Virus record (IMG/VR): IMGVR_UViG_3300011423_000014
Coordinates: 1 to 43,814 of that record
Strand: one strand, 5' to 3'
Length of the DNA stretch: 43,814 nt
From: a virus
Lineage: Duplodnaviria > Caudoviricetes
Shown: positions 42,386 to 43,814 of the stretch, one piece after another
How positions within the stretch are numbered: position 1 is the stretch's first letter
Layout of the letters: each line of letters begins with the position of its first letter
Notes under the pieces: generated by a model
Seen by the model: the letters and a program-made list of their open reading frames with translations, nothing else
Databases searched by the model: none
What the model was told of the DNA's origin: nothing
Made by a program: the position numbers and the translations under genes

Positions 42386-43161
42386 GGCTCCAGCCCGTTC
42401 CGCTTCCGTTGTCTAGCGAGGGCGGCTTCATCCTTGGCCCGTTGCTCATCGGTGTACGGCTTAGGTAGGGGGGCCGGTGGCTCTACCCCCTCGGTCCAGC
42501 CCCGGTCGGAGATCCATTGCGCTAGCTTGGGTGCGAATCTACCTTTGTCCTTCGTCCATTCCTCGGTCTCACAAAGTTCAGCGTGTCTAGCTTCGATGAG
42601 GGTGAACAGTTTCTCGGGTTCAGGCACCTTCATTGCTTCGAAGAAAGTGTTCTCGGCGAACGCCCGGTCCTTCTTTTTCGGATGCCGCGAGTAGAGTTTT
42701 TCGAAAGCCAAGTCCGGCGCGAACGCGCCATCGGTGGGCAATGGCAATGGTAACGGCAATGGTAACGGCAACGGATGGGTAGAGCACCCGTCAAGCGGAT
42801 GCTGTAGCACCCGCTTAGCATCCGCTTTAGCTTTGCCACCCAGTGCGCCAGCGTTTCGCCGCTGCTCCCGCCACGTTTCCACCTTTGCCTTAATCTCTGC
42901 AACTCGTTGTTGATAAAGCCTTCCGTCCTGTTCGATGAATTGCTGGCGAACCTTAGACCAGCATCGTTTGAATTCCTTTTCGGTCGCCATTGCGATCCAG
43001 CACAGTTCGCGCTCGTTATCGGGGATTGAACCTTCGACATAGCAGTAGTCGAGCAGTTCGCGGTACAAACCTCGCTCTTCGAGTGTGAGTTTGCGCCGGG
43101 TTGGCGACTCCCGCCAGTCGGAAATGTACCAAGGGTACGAATGAATCACGGACTTCGGCAT
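42382..43161 (-). CDS. Replication initiator, DUF1376/YdaU-like N-terminus
   Basis: YPWYISDW....LT.EERG.Y..LL..Y, GALGGKA, PLPLPL linker, FE.LY..HPKK, F.P....W....W; upstream of dnaB. Confidence 0.8.
   Translation of the reverse strand: MPKSVIHSYPWYISDWRESPTRRKLTLEERGLYRELLDYCYVEGSIPDNERELCWIAMATEKEFKRCWSKVRQQFIEQDGRLYQQRVAEIKAKVETWREQRRNAGALGGKAKADAKRVLQHPLDGCSTHPLPLPLPLPLPLPTDGAFAPDLAFEKLYSRHPKKKDRAFAENTFFEAMKVPEPEKLFTLIEARHAELCETEEWTKDKGRFAPKLAQWISDRGWTEGVEPPAPLPKPYTDEQRAKDEAALARQRKRNGLEP
42737..42774. repeat. GG(C/T)AA(T/C) hexamer tandem inside the initiator gene; candidate origin
   Basis: ggcaatggcaatggtaacggcaatggtaacggcaacgg, encoding PLPLPLPLPLP. Confidence 0.55.
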
Positions 43162-43277
43162 GCGCCTCTCCCATCTGGCTCACCGGGGGGCGGACTGGAT
43201 AGGAGACAGCCGCCCGTATTCCCGGTAGATTCCGTCGAACGATGGGGGAGCTACCCTCATCGCTTTGGCCGACGGAT
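43162..43277 (-). promoter_or_regulatory. Structured 5' leader of the initiator: two hairpins and an SD-sequestering pseudoknot
   Basis: Hairpin 2 loop UCUCCUAUC is complementary over 9 bp (one G-U) to GAUGGGAGA, which contains the SD. Confidence 0.65.
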
Positions 43278-43278
43278 A

Positions 43279-43307
43279 AGTCTAACTCTAGATGTCATTC
43301 GTGGCAA
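43279..43307 (-). promoter_or_regulatory. Sigma70-like promoter of the replication operon
   Basis: TTGCCA-17-TAGACT with TCTAGA in the spacer. Confidence 0.65.
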
Positions 43308-43500
43308 TGGTTTTACGATGAAGCACACAACTCTTCAGGCGCAGACCGAGTGCGAGGCGGACGAGCACCTGAAGCTTGAGGTTCTCGGGGGCCAAGCGGA
43401 CCCGGCTGCCGAGGGCGGTGACCACCACCACGCCCTCGTCATCGGCGAAGGCGACGAGCGCCAGCATGCGGGTTTCTTCGAGCACCTTGAGGATGATCAA
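43288..43500 (-). CDS. Hypothetical protein
   Basis: GGAG SD; TTG start in a TTGA overlap; MIILKVLEETRMLALVAFAD... Confidence 0.5.
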   Translation of the reverse strand: MIILKVLEETRMLALVAFADDEGVVVVTALGSRVRLAPENLKLQVLVRLALGLRLKSCVLHRKTIATNDI

Positions 43501-43727
43501 TCGAGTTCTCCGTTCCAGCGGAACATGACGCCATGTTTCTCTGCGAGGTACTGGGTATCCCACTCAGGGCTTTCGAGATAAGAGCAGTCGAGCGGCTCCA
43601 CTTCGAAGTGATAGTTCGAGATGGAAACGCCGTGCTCGCTGCCGCATTCGAACAGCAGCAGGTCGCCGTGTTCGGCCTTGATGGCCTCGAGCTGGCGGAT
43701 AGCATCGGAGATACGGGTGATGATCAT
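43497..43727 (-). CDS. Hypothetical phage protein
   Basis: ISD.I..LE.IK.EHGDL pattern; ATGA overlap. Confidence 0.7.
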   Translation of the reverse strand: MIITRISDAIRQLEAIKAEHGDLLLFECGSEHGVSISNYHFEVEPLDCSYLESPEWDTQYLAEKHGVMFRWNGELD

Positions 43728-43814
43728 TCGTATTCTTTCCTGCCGGTGAGTGCGAGGAATCCATAGAGGCAGAGCGCAAACAGGAACACGATCGTCCAGG
43801 CGGCGAACCAGACC
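43724..43814 (-). CDS. 3' half of the junction-spanning membrane protein
   Basis: VWFAAWTIVFLFALCLYGFLALTGRKEYE then stop; TM helix. Confidence 0.65.
   Translation of the reverse strand, partial: VWFAAWTIVFLFALCLYGFLALTGRKEYE

Larger units (their letters stand above)
1..43814. mobile_element. Near-complete circularly permuted tailed phage genome (podovirus-like virion module, lambdoid-like initiator/DnaB replication)
   Basis: Contiguous TerL-portal-scaffold-MCP-tail-ejection module, a replication/recombination module, no host housekeeping genes, and ends that join into one ORF. Confidence 0.93.

Noticed and set aside
1-43814. tRNA, rRNA, integrase/att site and CI-like repressor
   Set aside because: None recognised by eye; a divergent repressor among the small ORFs cannot be excluded.

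Overview
The window looks like an essentially complete, circularly permuted tailed-phage genome of about 43.8 kb with high GC. The two ends join, with a 1-nt overlap, into a single membrane-protein ORF. Morphogenesis is podovirus-type and lies on the + strand (15-38 kb): TerS-like, TerL, portal, scaffold, major capsid, adaptor, nozzle, fibres and large ejection proteins. Replication, recombination and early genes lie on the - strand (38.5-43.8 kb continuing into 0-7.5 kb): DUF1376-type initiator, DnaB, DUF3987-like ATPase, RecT-like annealase and Gp157. I recognise no integrase, repressor, DNA or RNA polymerase, or endolysin. A PEP-CTERM gene points to an exosortase-encoding Gram-negative host; Acidobacteria is plausible but unproven. 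The most notable hidden structures are: (1) four paralogous HNH cassettes, each tail-to-tail with a host-operon gene and each carrying a conserved, covarying two-hairpin element that folds on the strand antisense to the HNH gene and displays an anti-Shine-Dalgarno loop; (2) a C5 methyltransferase whose motif IX lies in a nested +1-frame ORF made of six repeat/variable modules; (3) a type II pseudoknotted hammerhead ribozyme in the early operon; (4) an SD-sequestering pseudoknot leader on the replication initiator. All calls come from reading the sequence by eye; no searches or folding programs were run.
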